The notes under the pieces were generated by a model. The model made no database searches. It worked only from the letters and a program-made list of their open reading frames with translations, and was not told where the DNA came from. A stretch of DNA of 63,984 bases, filler included, from Conidiobolus incongruus B7586 (lineage: Eukaryota): assembly GCA_000697335.1 (NCBI GenBank). It is 12 parts of 12 records of this genome, joined end to end, with 100 filler letters (N's around TTAATTAATTAA, not from the genome) between each part and the next. Parts side by side here need not be neighbours in the genome. Positions count along the whole stretch, not along the records: positions 1 to 1,358 come from JNEM01007368.1; positions 1,459 to 11,456 come from JNEM01007369.1; positions 11,557 to 13,168 come from JNEM01007370.1; 9 more parts are not named here. One strand, 5' to 3'. The position numbers and the translations under genes were made by a program. The stretch's first letter is position 1. The number at the start of each line of letters is the position of its first letter. Below, in pieces: positions 1-13,268 of the stretch.

Positions 1-232
1 AAAATATATATTTTTAATATATATATATATATATATATAATATTTTTTTGATAAAAAAATTAATTTTTTAAAATTGGTTGTTTAATTTAATTATGTTTAA
101 ATTAAATAGTAATCATTAAAAGTTTTTTATTTTAGTATTAATAAAACTTAACTATAAACTCTTTAAAATTATTAAAAATTTACAAGCAGCTTTTAATAAT
201 AAAATATTATCTAAATTAATATTTTATCACTA

Positions 233-1358
233 TACTAACTTACAAAAGTAAGTTATAAAATCAAAAACACTTATATTTTTACTAATAACTTAATTAATAT
301 TTAATAAAATAAACTTAAATTAAATAATTAAAATCTATTATATCTATTAGTTATATATATTATTAAATAATAATATTTAGTTATTAATTGGCTAAAATAT
401 AAACTTTTAAATTTTACCTAAAGTGAGTTATAAATTTATAAGTTTTTAGTGATAAAAGAAATTAAAACCTAGTGTATCTACCTTTAACTTTTCTAATTTT
501 TTTAAGTTTGTGTAGTATAAAATTAATTAATTTTTTACATTAAGAAAAATTAATCTTATTTTATATTTCTTAAACATATTTTTAAAGTTGATTTAAATTT
601 TTTAATTGGGGGAAAACTTTAATAGCTTTTTTTAATTAATCCTAAAAATATTTAATTAGATTAAAGTTAAAAAATTAAAAAAGCTACTTTATAACTATTA
701 TTTTATTATTTTTAAGTTATTTGGTAATAGAAGCTATAGTATAATAAAAGGTATTATCTTGTTAAAAAATAATATTAGATTTGTTTAACTTATATTATTT
801 AATAGTTTTCTTTAATTTATTGTTTAGAATACTTTAGTATATTTTAATATTAATTCCCTTATTAACTTTATAAAGATACTTTATATCTAAAAACAACATA
901 TATCCCTAAACAATAATTAACCTACTATTATACTTTTAGGTAAAATTAACATAATAGTTATAAAGTAATTTTGTATCTTTTTTAAAGTATCTAGTTTTTT
1001 TATTAGATTTATTAAAGTATATTTTTGTTTTATTAAACTAAATAACCTTGTTCTAATTAGTTTTAATTTAACATTAGTAGTAATATTTAAACTTTTACCT
1101 AGTTTTACAATAATATTTTTTTAGTTAAAGGTGTTTTTTTTAAAGTGTAAGTGGTATCTTTGTTAATGTAAAATATATATAATAGTATTAGTGTTAACTA
1201 ATATTCTTATATAGTTTTATAATTCTTGTTATATTTCTATAATAATACTATAATTACTTGTATTAACTAACTTATAAATATACTTGTTATTATATTTATC
1301 TATAATTTTAACATATTTAAATTTAAGTTTAAATGTTTTTTTATTGTTATTCTTAATA
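233..1358 (-). mobile_element. Degenerate Tc1-family (DD34E) element, partial, nested in mariner
   Basis: Begins TA|tactaacttacaaaagtaagttataaaatc (TIR). Reverse complement of the copy at 13269-14801. Runs into an N gap. Confidence 0.85.
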
Positions 1359-1458
1359 NNNNNNNNNNNNNNNNNNNNNNNNNNNNNNNNNNNNNNNNNN
1401 NNTTAATTAATTAANNNNNNNNNNNNNNNNNNNNNNNNNNNNNNNNNNNNNNNNNNNN
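1359..1458. other. Assembly gap with artificial TTAATTAATTAA linker (also at 11457, 13169, 14834, 23672, 27697, 54964, 56316, 58620, 61582, 62869)
   Basis: Identical 100-nt N-linker-N blocks. Confidence 0.98.
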
Positions 1459-4437
1459 CTAAAAGAAAAATTATCTAAAACCTACTAAAATTTAAAATAT
1501 TAATTTTAATTATTACTTTTTTAACTATTAATAAAGTAATAAAATATATTAAAAAATATTTTTTTTATTTGAATAAAAGAATTATCTAAGTATTTTAATA
1601 TTAGTTTTATAAGTGTTATATATATATTAAAGTTTAAACTTAAATTAATAAATAAAAATATAAAATAAGTATCTTATAATTTAACTAAAAGTTAAAAAAA
1701 AGCTAGAGTAAATATTATTAAATTAAACTTACTTAAATATTACTAGAAGCTTAAACTTTTATAGTAAATAATTATAATTAATGAATCTTAAATTTTTCTA
1801 TATAATCTTTTATTAAAACACAAATTAAAATGTTACATTAATTTAAATTAACCCCTTCTACAAATTATTTTAAATAAATATTTTGTTAATAAGTAAATGT
1901 TAATTATTGTAATAAATTATAATAATATATACTACTTTTATTTAATTCTTAAAAGAAAATCAATTAATAGTAAATTTTATAATGTTTTTTTAAATAAAAG
2001 TACTTTTAATTAGTGTTCTCAATATAATTTGAGAAAACCTATTATTTTACATAATAATTGTAAAATACCTAAATCTAAAGTTGTAAAAAACTTTCTAATT
2101 AAAAATAACTAGAAAAAACTACTATATCTAGTATATTTTTTAGATTATAACCTATATAATTATAATTGCTTTAGGTAATTAAAAAACCAGCTTATAGGAA
2201 AGAAAATTTCTACAGGAAAATTTAATTGGTTAGTAAAATATCAAATTTCAGTCTTTAGTAAAAAAACTATTTTTTAAATATTAAATCCTTACTAAAAATA
2301 TAGTAAAAAGTTATTAATAATAAAAGAAACTATTAAATTTATATTATATATTTATTTTTATATACTATATATTAAAATATTAATTTATTTTTTATTGCAA
2401 AAAAATTCCTATTATTAAAATACAAAGTAATATTAATATATTTGATTTTATTCTTTATTATTATAATTAATTAATTTTCCCAAAATATTTTTTAATATTA
2501 TTAATATAATTTTAATAAAATCCATTTAATTGCAAAGTTTAATTTTTAATTAAATAAATATTATAATATAATTTCTTTAATAAATTTAAATGAATTTTAT
2601 AATAAAATAAGTATGGAATATTTAATATTTATATTTTTGGATTTAATAACTAAAAATAAAAATTAATATTAAATTATTTTTGTTTAAACCAAGGAAATTC
2701 TAATTTTATATTAATAATCAATAAATAAAATAATATTATTGAGATAATAAATAAATTAATCTATGTTTTTATAAATTATATTCTTATTTTAATTAAAATA
2801 TTTTATAAAACTTTGATAAAATAATCTGAAATTTATAAAATTTAATATATTATATTTTAAATGATGTTATTTTAAGATTTGGAATACTGAATTAATGATA
2901 TTAATTAAAAATTACCTGATTAATATTTTATTTTATATTTATAAAATTATTTTTGTATATTTTAATTATTCCAAATTCTTTCGTTTTTAATAAAAGCTCA
3001 TATTTAGAGGGTACTTTTGGATATTTATATTTTAAATAATAATTAAATATGTAATTTATATTTTGTTTTCTTAAAAATTAAACTTAAGCTATTACTATGT
3101 TTAAGATCATTATAATGACAACAAATTTAATTATATATAATATGATAAATAAAATACCCAATTCTAATCAATAACCTGATATTGAGCATTATTGTATACA
3201 AAGATAGATATTTGGTTGAATTGAAAGTATACAGATTCCTATAGTTCCATCATATAATTAAATTACTATAATAGTTAATTTGTTTTATTATGGATCATAT
3301 GTATTTTTTACTTAGTAAAATATCTAATATAAAATTAACTGTACTTAAGTGAATTAAGTACAAAATAACACTCACTTCATAATGGAGCAATTTTAAAATG
3401 TCAAAAATATTATGTCTATTAATAACAATGTTCAAAATCATCAAAAGCAATGAGTAAAATCCAAACCGCGGTACTTTTTGCATTAGCTGGATAAGAGCTC
3501 GAATTCAATAGTCAAAACAAGCCAGTATGGAGGAATACCATGGTTAAAATAGCATTTTAATTTTTAGAGAATAGATTTATCATATCATTTTATAAATTAT
3601 TGAAGTATTATACAAATCTTAAAAGGTTACTTTCAACTCTGAATTTTAACATTTTTATATATTTATATTTAATTGATTAATTATTTTTTAGCCATTCCTC
3701 TTGTAATCAAAATCCAATAATTTGGAATATTGATAGATAAATTTTATTTTTTCTATCAACAAAAAAACATTGTTTAAATAAAAATATTATGAATTATAAT
3801 TAATTTTATATCAAGGATTATAAAATGCTAAATAATCCAACTTAATCAAATTCAAACTAAAATCCTTGAAATTATTAGTTTGTAATTAATTTCAATATTT
3901 ATTTAGAAAACCTATTAGACTCTTTTTAGTATATTGATTATTGGTATAAATTCCTCAATATAATCTATTGTTATTATTTAACAATAGATTATAATGACCA
4001 ATAATTAAAATAATAACCAATTTTAGATAATATAATAAATTTATTAAAAAATTTGCAACAGGATTCTTGATCAATATGAGACAGTTGGTAAGTTTAATAC
4101 AGTTGTTAAATACTTTATATTCATTATCAATTTAAATTAATGTCCCTTGTTTGGATGATTTGAATCAAAATCCTCTCCCATCTATTCAAAGAAGAAAAAG
4201 ACATAGAATGAAAAATATAAAAACCCAAAAGATAATGTAATATAAAGAAGTGTAAATTGCATTAATTTTTAAAGTATATATATATATATATATTAGTAGT
4301 TAATATTAGTTATACAATTAATAGATATATAAAAGAGTTTGAAAATATAATAAGAAACTCAAAAATAATATTATTTTGAAATTATAATAATATTATTAAT
4401 TAAAATAATTAATAAAATTTTTTAATATGATGATGTA

Positions 4438-5755
4438 TTAGTGCAGAAATTAAGTAATGGCACAATTTTAAAATTAAAATTAAACAAATAAATTAATAAA
4501 TAATATATAAAATTTAATGAATAATATAAAATTAATAGCTTCTTTTATTATTAATAACTCTTTTCTATACTTTTGGTAAGCTTCTAATACCTAAAAAACA
4601 GTTCTTTTTATTAAAGACTGAAATTTGATGTTTCACAAACCAATTTAATTTGTTTGCAGGAATTTTTTTTCCTGCAAGCTGTTTTTTTAATTGTTTAAAA
4701 CAATTATAATCACATAGATTATAATCAGGTGAATATACTAGATGTGGTAACTCCCTCCAATTTTTTTTATATAAAAAATCTTTTACAGCTTTAGCTTTAT
4801 GTATTTTGCAATTATTATACAAAATAATAGGTGTCTTTAATTTATATTGAGAACACTATTTAGAAATTGTTTTATTTAAAAAAGTAATATATAACTTACT
4901 ATTAATTAATTTTCCTTGAGGTATTAAATAAGAAAACTATATACCATTATAATCCATTACAACAATTAACATTCACTTATATTTAAAGTGTTTATTCATT
5001 GGAATTTGTAGAGGGGATTAATTTAGTTTAACCCAACATCTTGTTTTATTTTTAAATAAAGGATTATATAAAGGAATCTAAAATTCATTAATTATAAGTA
5101 TTCACTGTAAAAACCTTTGTTTTTAGTTATACCTTAATAAGTTTAGTTTAGCTATAGCTACTCTAGTTTTCTTTTAGGCTTCTGTTAAATTATAAAGTAT
5201 CTATTTTGTATTTTTATTAATTAATCTAAGTTTAAACTTAAGTAAATATAACATGCTTGTATAATTAATATTAAATTACTTTAATAATTCTCTAGCAAAA
5301 ATAAAAGGGTATTTCTTAATATATTTTTTTACTCTATTGGTAAGTGAAAGAGTAACAGTAGAAATTAGTCTTCTAGATTTTAGTAAATTTTAAATAGTGT
5401 CCTTTCTAGCTTTAAAATCACAAATCTAGTGATATATGGTAGTTTTAGATAAAGCACCATCTCTATAAGCTATTTGTAAGTTTTGGATGATTTTAGAGGG
5501 TTTATGGTTAAGTTTTAAAGATACAAAAATAAAAGCCTTTTGATAATCACAATCTAGTTTAAGCATGATTAAATTTAAGTGTAAATTTTAAAATCAAAAT
5601 ATTTTAATAAAAAAAATAATTCAAATTGAATATATATATATAGTTTGAAAATATTTATTTTCCTATATATTTTATATATATAATCTTTCAAAACATATAA
5701 TATGTTTGAAAGATCAGAAATTAAAAAATTTGCCATTTCTTAATTTCCATACTAA
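4438..5755 (-). mobile_element. Full-length (1318 bp) degenerate DD34D mariner, subfamily A
   Basis: ~30-bp TIRs (ttagtgcagaaattaagtaatggcac / ttagtatggaaattaagaaatggcaa) with TA flanks. Transposase relic runs from ATG ~5567 (MLKLDCDYQKAFIF) to ~4545, with YSPDYNLCDY motif and several premature stops. Confidence 0.92.
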
Positions 5756-7001
5756 TATTATATTAAAATTTTAAATATTTTAATCTAATTTAACTTAAAA
5801 CAAAATAAAGTTAGAAAGAGTACATTAAAAAACATATATATTTTTTATTATAATTAAGGTGAATAATTAAGATAAAATTAAATAAAATAAGATAAAATAA
5901 TAATAATTATGATAAGATAGCAAATATAAATAAAACTAGCTTTAATAAGATGTATTAATAAAGGAGAAAAATTATTAATAAAAAATAATTGAAAAAAATT
6001 TGCTAAGTTTAACCTTGAACAAAATAAATATGAAGAGAGTTGAAACAGTTAAACTGATATTGATAATTAAGAAGTTGTTGTCAGGTCATTAGGAGACCCA
6101 TCTTCAAACCAATCTGTCAAACTTGAATAAAATCAGTCAGGATAAAGGGACAAGAGGTGAAAATGCAAGATAAAGGTGTGATACCAAGTTAAAGCACTAG
6201 AGTTATATTGAAACAAAATTTAAAAAGATATTGATTTTGAGTTGAAATAAATACATAGCCTATTTATAATTAAAATTTGGATCGTTTATTAAAAGCTTGA
6301 TAAAAGAAACTGCTATATCACTATAACTTTATAAATATTCATAATACTTGATTAAATAATTATATAAATTATATTAATGTATTAATTATGTAACATTCAT
6401 TCAACCAACCCCCAATTTGGATTTAATCTTATTACTTTTATAATATTTTCACTTCTTCATTAGAAATTTGACAAATTTACTTGGCGCTATTTGTTAATAG
6501 TTAATACATTATGTGAGCAGTGCTTATATTGAAAAATAAGATAATTAATAGAGCCATATATAATTTGTAATTTGTTTAGTATGATATATTAAAATATTAT
6601 TTAATTCATTTTATTATTATGAAATATTATTAGATAAATTTATTTTATACTAAATTTTCATTATATATACAATAAAATAAATTTTAATATTTTTGATATT
6701 TAAATCATATTTTTTAAATATTATTACTGTATATTTCAAAATATTATGAAAAATATTATTGTTACAATATATTATGTATACTTTGAAATTTATTATTATA
6801 AATAAAATTCGATAAAATTTCAGTTTTTTACTATCTTTTGAGAAATAATATAAACAAGTGATTAAACTATACTTGCGTTGAATTTATATTAACAAGTTTG
6901 GAATTTGAGATTCAAGTAATGATATTAATTAAAGTATTAAATTGTTAAAAGTTTATTATTACAAGGTCGAGGATATTCAAGTAACAAGTAAGATAATTTA
7001 A

Positions 7002-8246
7002 TTATTCACGCTCGAAAATGGCACACATACCCATACCAGTACCTACACACATGGTGACAGCACCAATCTTTTTGCCTTGACGCTTGAGTTCGGGTATCAA
7101 GGTAGCAATTAAACGAGCACCAGTACATCCCAATGGATGGCCAAGGGCAATCGCACCTCCCTTTGGATTAACCTTCTTAGGATCGATACCAAGCTTATTG
7201 ATGCAGTAGGTTGCTTGAGAAGCGAAAGCTTCGTTAAGTTCATAAATATCTACGTCGTTGACAGAGATTCCAGCGCGGCGACAAGCTTCAGGAATAGCGA
7301 AAACAGGACCAATACCCATAACTCTAGGGGGAACACCGACAACAGCGGAGGTGACATATTTGCCAATAATAGGAAGACCTAATTCTTCAGCTTTGCTACG
7401 ACGAGCTAAAAGGACAGCAGCTGCACCATCAGTGACTTGGGAAGAGTTACCAGCAGTGCTACTGCCATCCTCTTCAAAAGCGGGCCTCAATTTACGAAGG
7501 TTTTCGATAGTTAAACCATCGCGAGCACCGTCATCCTTATCTAAAGTGACTTTCTTTTCATTACCCTCCTTATCAGTAACTGTGACAGTGATGGGAACAA
7601 TTTCTTCCTTGAAGTAACCAGCCTTCTGAGCAGCAATAGCTTTCTTATGAGATTCTAAAGCAAATTCATCTTGAGTTTCTCTATCAATCTTAAATTCTCT
7701 AGCTACATTTTCGGAAGTGTTACCCATAGGGGTCAAACAGTCACGGGCTTCAGGATGTTCAGTAACTTCTTCAGATATCTTTTCAGCTGGGAAGAAGTTG
7801 GAATACATAGTCATAGATTCAGCACCCCCACCAATACCAATATCGATAAGACCAGTTTGAATAGAATTAGCAATAGTAACACAAGCTTGTAAACCTGAAG
7901 AGCACTGTCTGTTAATAGAAGCACATCCGGCGGTGTGAGGGATACCAGCATGAAGAGATGCCATACGGGAGACGGTAGCAGCAGTAGAAGTTAAGCAGTT
8001 ACCAATAACAACATCTTGAATTAACTTGGGGTCAACTTTGGAGCGATTGATAAGTTCCTTGAAAACCACAGAAAGCATATCTTCAATACAGGTATCTTTC
8101 AAACCACCCTTACGAGCTTTGGTAAGAGGAGTACGAACTGCAGCAACAATAACGACGTCATCAGGTGACTTTTGGCCTATTTTAGTGGAAGATAAGCGAG
8201 AGCTACTTAAGTGATTTGAAATTAATTGTAAACGAGAGTTAGCCAT
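7002..8246 (-). CDS. POT1: Peroxisomal 3-ketoacyl-CoA thiolase
   Basis: Intronless 414-aa ORF with NRQCSSG active Cys, NEAF, GHPLGCTGAR and CVGTGMG motifs. N-terminal PTS2 signal RLQLISNHL. Confidence 0.97.
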   Translation of the reverse strand: MANSRLQLISNHLSSSRLSSTKIGQKSPDDVVIVAAVRTPLTKARKGGLKDTCIEDMLSVVFKELINRSKVDPKLIQDVVIGNCLTSTAATVSRMASLHAGIPHTAGCASINRQCSSGLQACVTIANSIQTGLIDIGIGGGAESMTMYSNFFPAEKISEEVTEHPEARDCLTPMGNTSENVAREFKIDRETQDEFALESHKKAIAAQKAGYFKEEIVPITVTVTDKEGNEKKVTLDKDDGARDGLTIENLRKLRPAFEEDGSSTAGNSSQVTDGAAAVLLARRSKAEELGLPIIGKYVTSAVVGVPPRVMGIGPVFAIPEACRRAGISVNDVDIYELNEAFASQATYCINKLGIDPKKVNPKGGAIALGHPLGCTGARLIATLIPELKRQGKKIGAVTMCVGTGMGMCAIFERE

Positions 8247-9858
8247 ATTATTGAATAATTTGATGTCAGTCGAATACAGATTTTATTTTGAATTTAATTG
8301 AATAAATGGTGTTACATTCTATTTCTCATTGTACCCTAATATTTATACGAGTGAATCTATTTACCAATTCTGTCATGATTATGAATAATACAAATTTCAT
8401 GTGAAGCTGAGAGAAGTGTTAGCCAACTAATAATCCCTATTTTCTCCAGAAACCAATCAAATTTACTATTCATTTTGATTTAGGATTTTCAAAATTAAGT
8501 CCTGATTATATCTGAAAAATTTGATTACTCAAATATCATATGATTTAATAATTATTAACAAGTGTCCCGAAAATTTTATGATAATGAATTAGATGAATAA
8601 ATATATGATTTAAATCATTTCAAATATATTTTAAAGTAATTCTTTTTAACTCAATATATTTTGGAAACTAAATTTTCCTATATATTTTAATGTGATTATT
8701 AAATGATGATGAATACAGTTTTAATTCTAAATTTTATAATATAATACTTGAATGTTTAAAATTGACTTGAAATTTAAAAATTCAAGAATATATATATATA
8801 TTCTTTTTTCAAATCTATTATACACAGGTCAATCTAGTTATAAATTATATGATAGATTGATATATTTGGAACATTTCAATATAATTACCTTAAACATTTA
8901 ATATAAATTATATACTATTTTAAATATTTTCTATGAGGAAAATTAAGAAAACAAAACAAATTTATTGGAGGATTAGAAACCGGGTAAATATTGTTAAGCT
9001 CTCTAAATTTATTAATATAAAAATTTTCTTCTAGGTTTCTATTCCTAATTACACACTTTTATTGATTAAATAAAATTACTACAGATTTTTGAGAAATTTT
9101 TTAATATTTTTTTTATCAACAGAATTATTATTAATATATAATTAAGCAGGGATCAATGTTTTAGAATATTGGATTTTGATAAATGGGTTATGTTATCAAT
9201 AGAGAAGACAATATAAATATTGAATTGAACTAGTTAAATAACAGATTTTTAAGATATTGCTTTTTTATTTGAAAATTAATATCAATTAAATAAAATGTAT
9301 ATTGCTAGAGTTAAATTCAACAATATGTTGGCATTGAAGTTAAATTATTACTAATACCTATGAAAATTTATTATAATGTAATAAAATCATTTGGAAATTT
9401 TTTAAAAAATTATTCAGCTAATATATTATTAATTATTATATAGCATTTTTTATAATTTAATTTGAAAATTTTGCCACAAAATTTTTATCTAAAAATTTCA
9501 TTGAATTGAACTTTAAATGAAATGTCACAATATAAGATAATTTTTTCTCTAGTAATTTTATAGTCGATCAGTGATGCAAAACTATGGTGACATTTGTAAA
9601 TTTTTTTATTTAACATATTAAAATTATTAAAACAAATTATACTCTTAACAATTAAAACTTTTTGATTATATAATTTTATTTTAGAATTATTTTTATCTAA
9701 ACCTTAATATTTAAAAAATATAATCATGTTCAATATTAGCTATTCAATAAATATATTCATTGTATTTATAATAATCAATTCATTTAATATTATCAAAATT
9801 TAGTACTTATAATAACAGACTTAGTATCATTAATATAAAAACATTATTCATCACATAA

Positions 9859-9898
<40 letters not shown>

Positions 9899-11677
9899 CA
9901 AGAGAATAAACTAGAAAATTTATTAAATATCCAAAATTTAATCTTTCAAATCTTTCATCATTATTAAAGATAAATTATTTTGTTTTACCTATTAAATTTA
10001 AAAATTATCAAAGATTTTCAAAATTAATTCTCGTAAGGTTAGTGTTTGTGTCCTGGACCTGAGTTCATAGCATATTTTAACCTATCTATATTTCGCTATA
10101 TAGTGAAAGATTTAATACTTGTCTTAAAACATACTTTTATTTCATAACAATATAGTTTCTTTTTATTATAAATTGTATTATGTATTTCTATCATTGTTTA
10201 TATTTATGTCTATGATTGGACTTAGCATTGGCAAAAGTACTTTTATTTGAATTTATGTAAGTTTTAAAAAAAGCTTATGTTATCAATCCATAATACAGAT
10301 TTTGAATATTTGTAAACATGGTGAATATATATAGAATAGCTATAACTAGAAGCTCATTATTCGAGCCATGTAATTTTGTAACAAATAAATACTTAATTTT
10401 ACAATGAATATTGATATACTGTAGTCCTAGAATTTTCCTATAATATACTTTATCATGTTTACTATATCATTATACCTTATAGAGAGATTAGTCAAAATAT
10501 CGTAGATAATGCTTAATCTATTAACCCAGTACCTATCTCGATATTCTATTATTAAAACAACTTTCATCATGCATATAGCTATATCAGCGATCTCTACAGC
10601 ATGTCCCAAGAAAGGAACTCCTATCTAGATAGCCCTATGACCATGGATATGGCTTATTAATGTGTCAAACTCGCTTACAAAGACAATGATGTTACTTAAT
10701 ATTGCTATATCACTACTAATTTGGAATCACTTGCATGACTAATCATATGCTATTTTAATTCATTTAAAATAGGCCCGGATTATGAAAAGATCGAATATCT
10801 GGACTATGCGCTCTTGATCAAGTCCAAAATCCAAGCCACCCTACCAATATTTTAAAGGTTAAAGAACGATAATAATTATAGATCGGAAAGAAACCCAATA
10901 ATTTGCAATTACTCATATTTATAATAATTAGAAATATATTTGCTTAATATATTCTAAAGGTACAGTTTATCTTAGGTCGACGCATATTAACATATAAAAC
11001 AATTTCAAATCAATATACTACAACTGAAAATACTATATACTTTAGAATATGTATATCAAAATACTCCTTAATCATAAAACACTATTTTTAAATATTGGAA
11101 AACATCTTTAATTATATTTTTCAACTCATTTCTAATCATATTTTTATTGATAATTGATTTATTCATTTATAATACATAATTATTAATTAAATATTTAAAA
11201 TTAAAAAAAAGAGTTCATTTAATAAAAATTATTAAATAAGTCATAATAAGTATTAAAAAACATATAGTAAATAATTAAAGAGTAAAATTGAAATGTCTAT
11301 ATCAACTTAAAATTTTATATTTATATTTTGAAAATTTATTAGATTATATAATATATATAAAATAAGTGTTAATATTTAATAAATGAAAGATTAGGATATA
11401 TAAATTTTTTATTAATAAATAATAACCAAGCTATTATATCATTTTATATTAATATTNNNNNNNNNNNNNNNNNNNNNNNNNNNNNNNNNNNNNNNNNNNN
11501 TTAATTAATTAANNNNNNNNNNNNNNNNNNNNNNNNNNNNNNNNNNNNNNNNNNNNAAAAATTAAATCAGATTTTTAAGTTAAATTGATTCCTTATATAA
11601 ATTCCAATAAATAAATATTTTAAATATAATTAAATATTAATTATAATAATAAATCAAAATAATATAAAGTTTTTTTA

Positions 11678-13001
11678 TTAGTATAGAAATTAAAAAATGG
11701 CAAATTATTTAATTTTTAATCTTTCAAACATATTATATATTTTGAAAAATTATATATATATATATAAAATATATAGGAAAATAAATATTTTCAAACTCTA
11801 TATATATATTCAATTTTAAATATTTTTTTATTAAATTATTTTGATTTTAAAATTTATACTTAAATTTAATCATACTTAAACTAGATTGTGATTATCAAAA
11901 GGCTTTTATTTTTGTATCTTTAAAACTTAACTATAAACCCTCTAAAATCATCTAAAACTTACAAATAGCTTATAAAGATAGTGCTTTATCTAAAATTACT
12001 ATATATTGCTAGATTTATGATTTTAAAGCTAAAAGGGATATTATTCAAAATATACCAAAATCTAAAAGACTAATTTTTAATGTTACTTTTTCACTTATTA
12101 ATAAAGTAAAGAGATATATTAAAAAATATCCTTTTATTTCTGCTAGAGAATTATCAAAGTAATTTAATATTAATTATATAAGCATGTTATATTTACTTAA
12201 GTTTAAACTTAGATTAATTAATAAAAATATAAAATAAATACCTTATAATTTAACAAAAACCCAAAAGAAAACTAAAATAGCTATAGCTAAACTAAACTTA
12301 TTAAAATATAACTAAAAACAAAGGTTTTTATAATAAATACTTGTAATTGATAAATCTTAGATTTCTTTATATAATCTTCTATATAAAAATAAAACAAGAT
12401 GTTGGGTTAAGCTAAATCAATCCCCTCTATAAATTCCAATAAATAAGTAGTTTAAATATAAGCAAATGTTAATTGTTATAATCAATTATAATGATATATA
12501 GTCTTCTTATTTAATACCTCAAGGAAAATCAATTAATAATAAGTTATATATTACTTTTTTAAATAAAACAATATCTAAATGGTGTTCTTAATATAAATTA
12601 AAGATATCTATTATTTTGCATAATAATTGTAAAATATATAAAGCTAAAGTTGTAAAAGATTTTTTATATAAAAAAAATTAAAGGGAGTTACCATATCTAG
12701 TATATTCACCTGATTATAACCTATGTGATTATAATTGTTTTAGATAATTAAAAAAACAGCTTGCAAGAAAAAAAATTCCTGCAAACAAATTAAATTAGTT
12801 TGTAAAATATCAAATTTCAGTCTTTAAAAAAGAGAACTGTTTTTTAGATATTAGAAGCTTACCAAAGGTATAGAAAAAAGTTATTAATAATAAAAAAGGC
12901 TATTAATTTTATATTATTGATTATACTTTATATAAAATCTATTAATTTATTTATTTAATTTTAATTATAAAATTATTTTATTATTTAATTTCTATATAGA
13001 T
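11678..13001 (+). mobile_element. Full-length degenerate DD34D mariner, subfamily A
   Basis: TA|ttagtatagaaattaaaaaatggcaaa TIR. Colinear with 4438-5755 and differs mostly by transitions (e.g. ATG->ATA). The 3' end is approximate. Confidence 0.9.
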
Positions 13002-13268
13002 AAAAATAAATTTTATTATAATTTTAACTATATATTAACTATCAAAAATGAATATAATATTATTCAAACTCAACTCTAAACACTATGTAGTAACTTAAGA
13101 ATTACAAATAACTTATAATAATAATAATTAACTTAGAACTAATACTTATTATTAAGTCTGAGATTTTTNNNNNNNNNNNNNNNNNNNNNNNNNNNNNNNN
13201 NNNNNNNNNNNNTTAATTAATTAANNNNNNNNNNNNNNNNNNNNNNNNNNNNNNNNNNNNNNNNNNNN

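Larger units (their letters stand above)
1..2430 (+). mobile_element. Degenerate DD34D mariner (subfamily B), 5' end outside the window, interrupted at 231 by a Tc1 insertion
   Basis: Nt ~92-230 match the mariner N-terminus of the copy at 24889-26208. The transposase relic resumes after the gap at 1459. The 3' TIR (..aaattcctattattaaaatacaaagtaa) ends at 2430, followed by TA. Confidence 0.8.

Noticed and set aside
1403..1414. Repeated TTAATTAATTAA palindrome at 11 sites
   Set aside because: Always centred in identical N blocks, so it is an artificial all-frame-stop contig linker. Adjacency across these gaps is not guaranteed.
6079..6200. TGTCAGG start plus TGGTATCA (minus strand) as LTR/PBS
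   Set aside because: Does not complement this genome's initiator tRNA 3' end (expected TGGTAGCAGCG), and no other retroelement evidence is present.
9861..9895. (AT)n microsatellite
   Set aside because: Ordinary simple repeat in an AT-rich genome.
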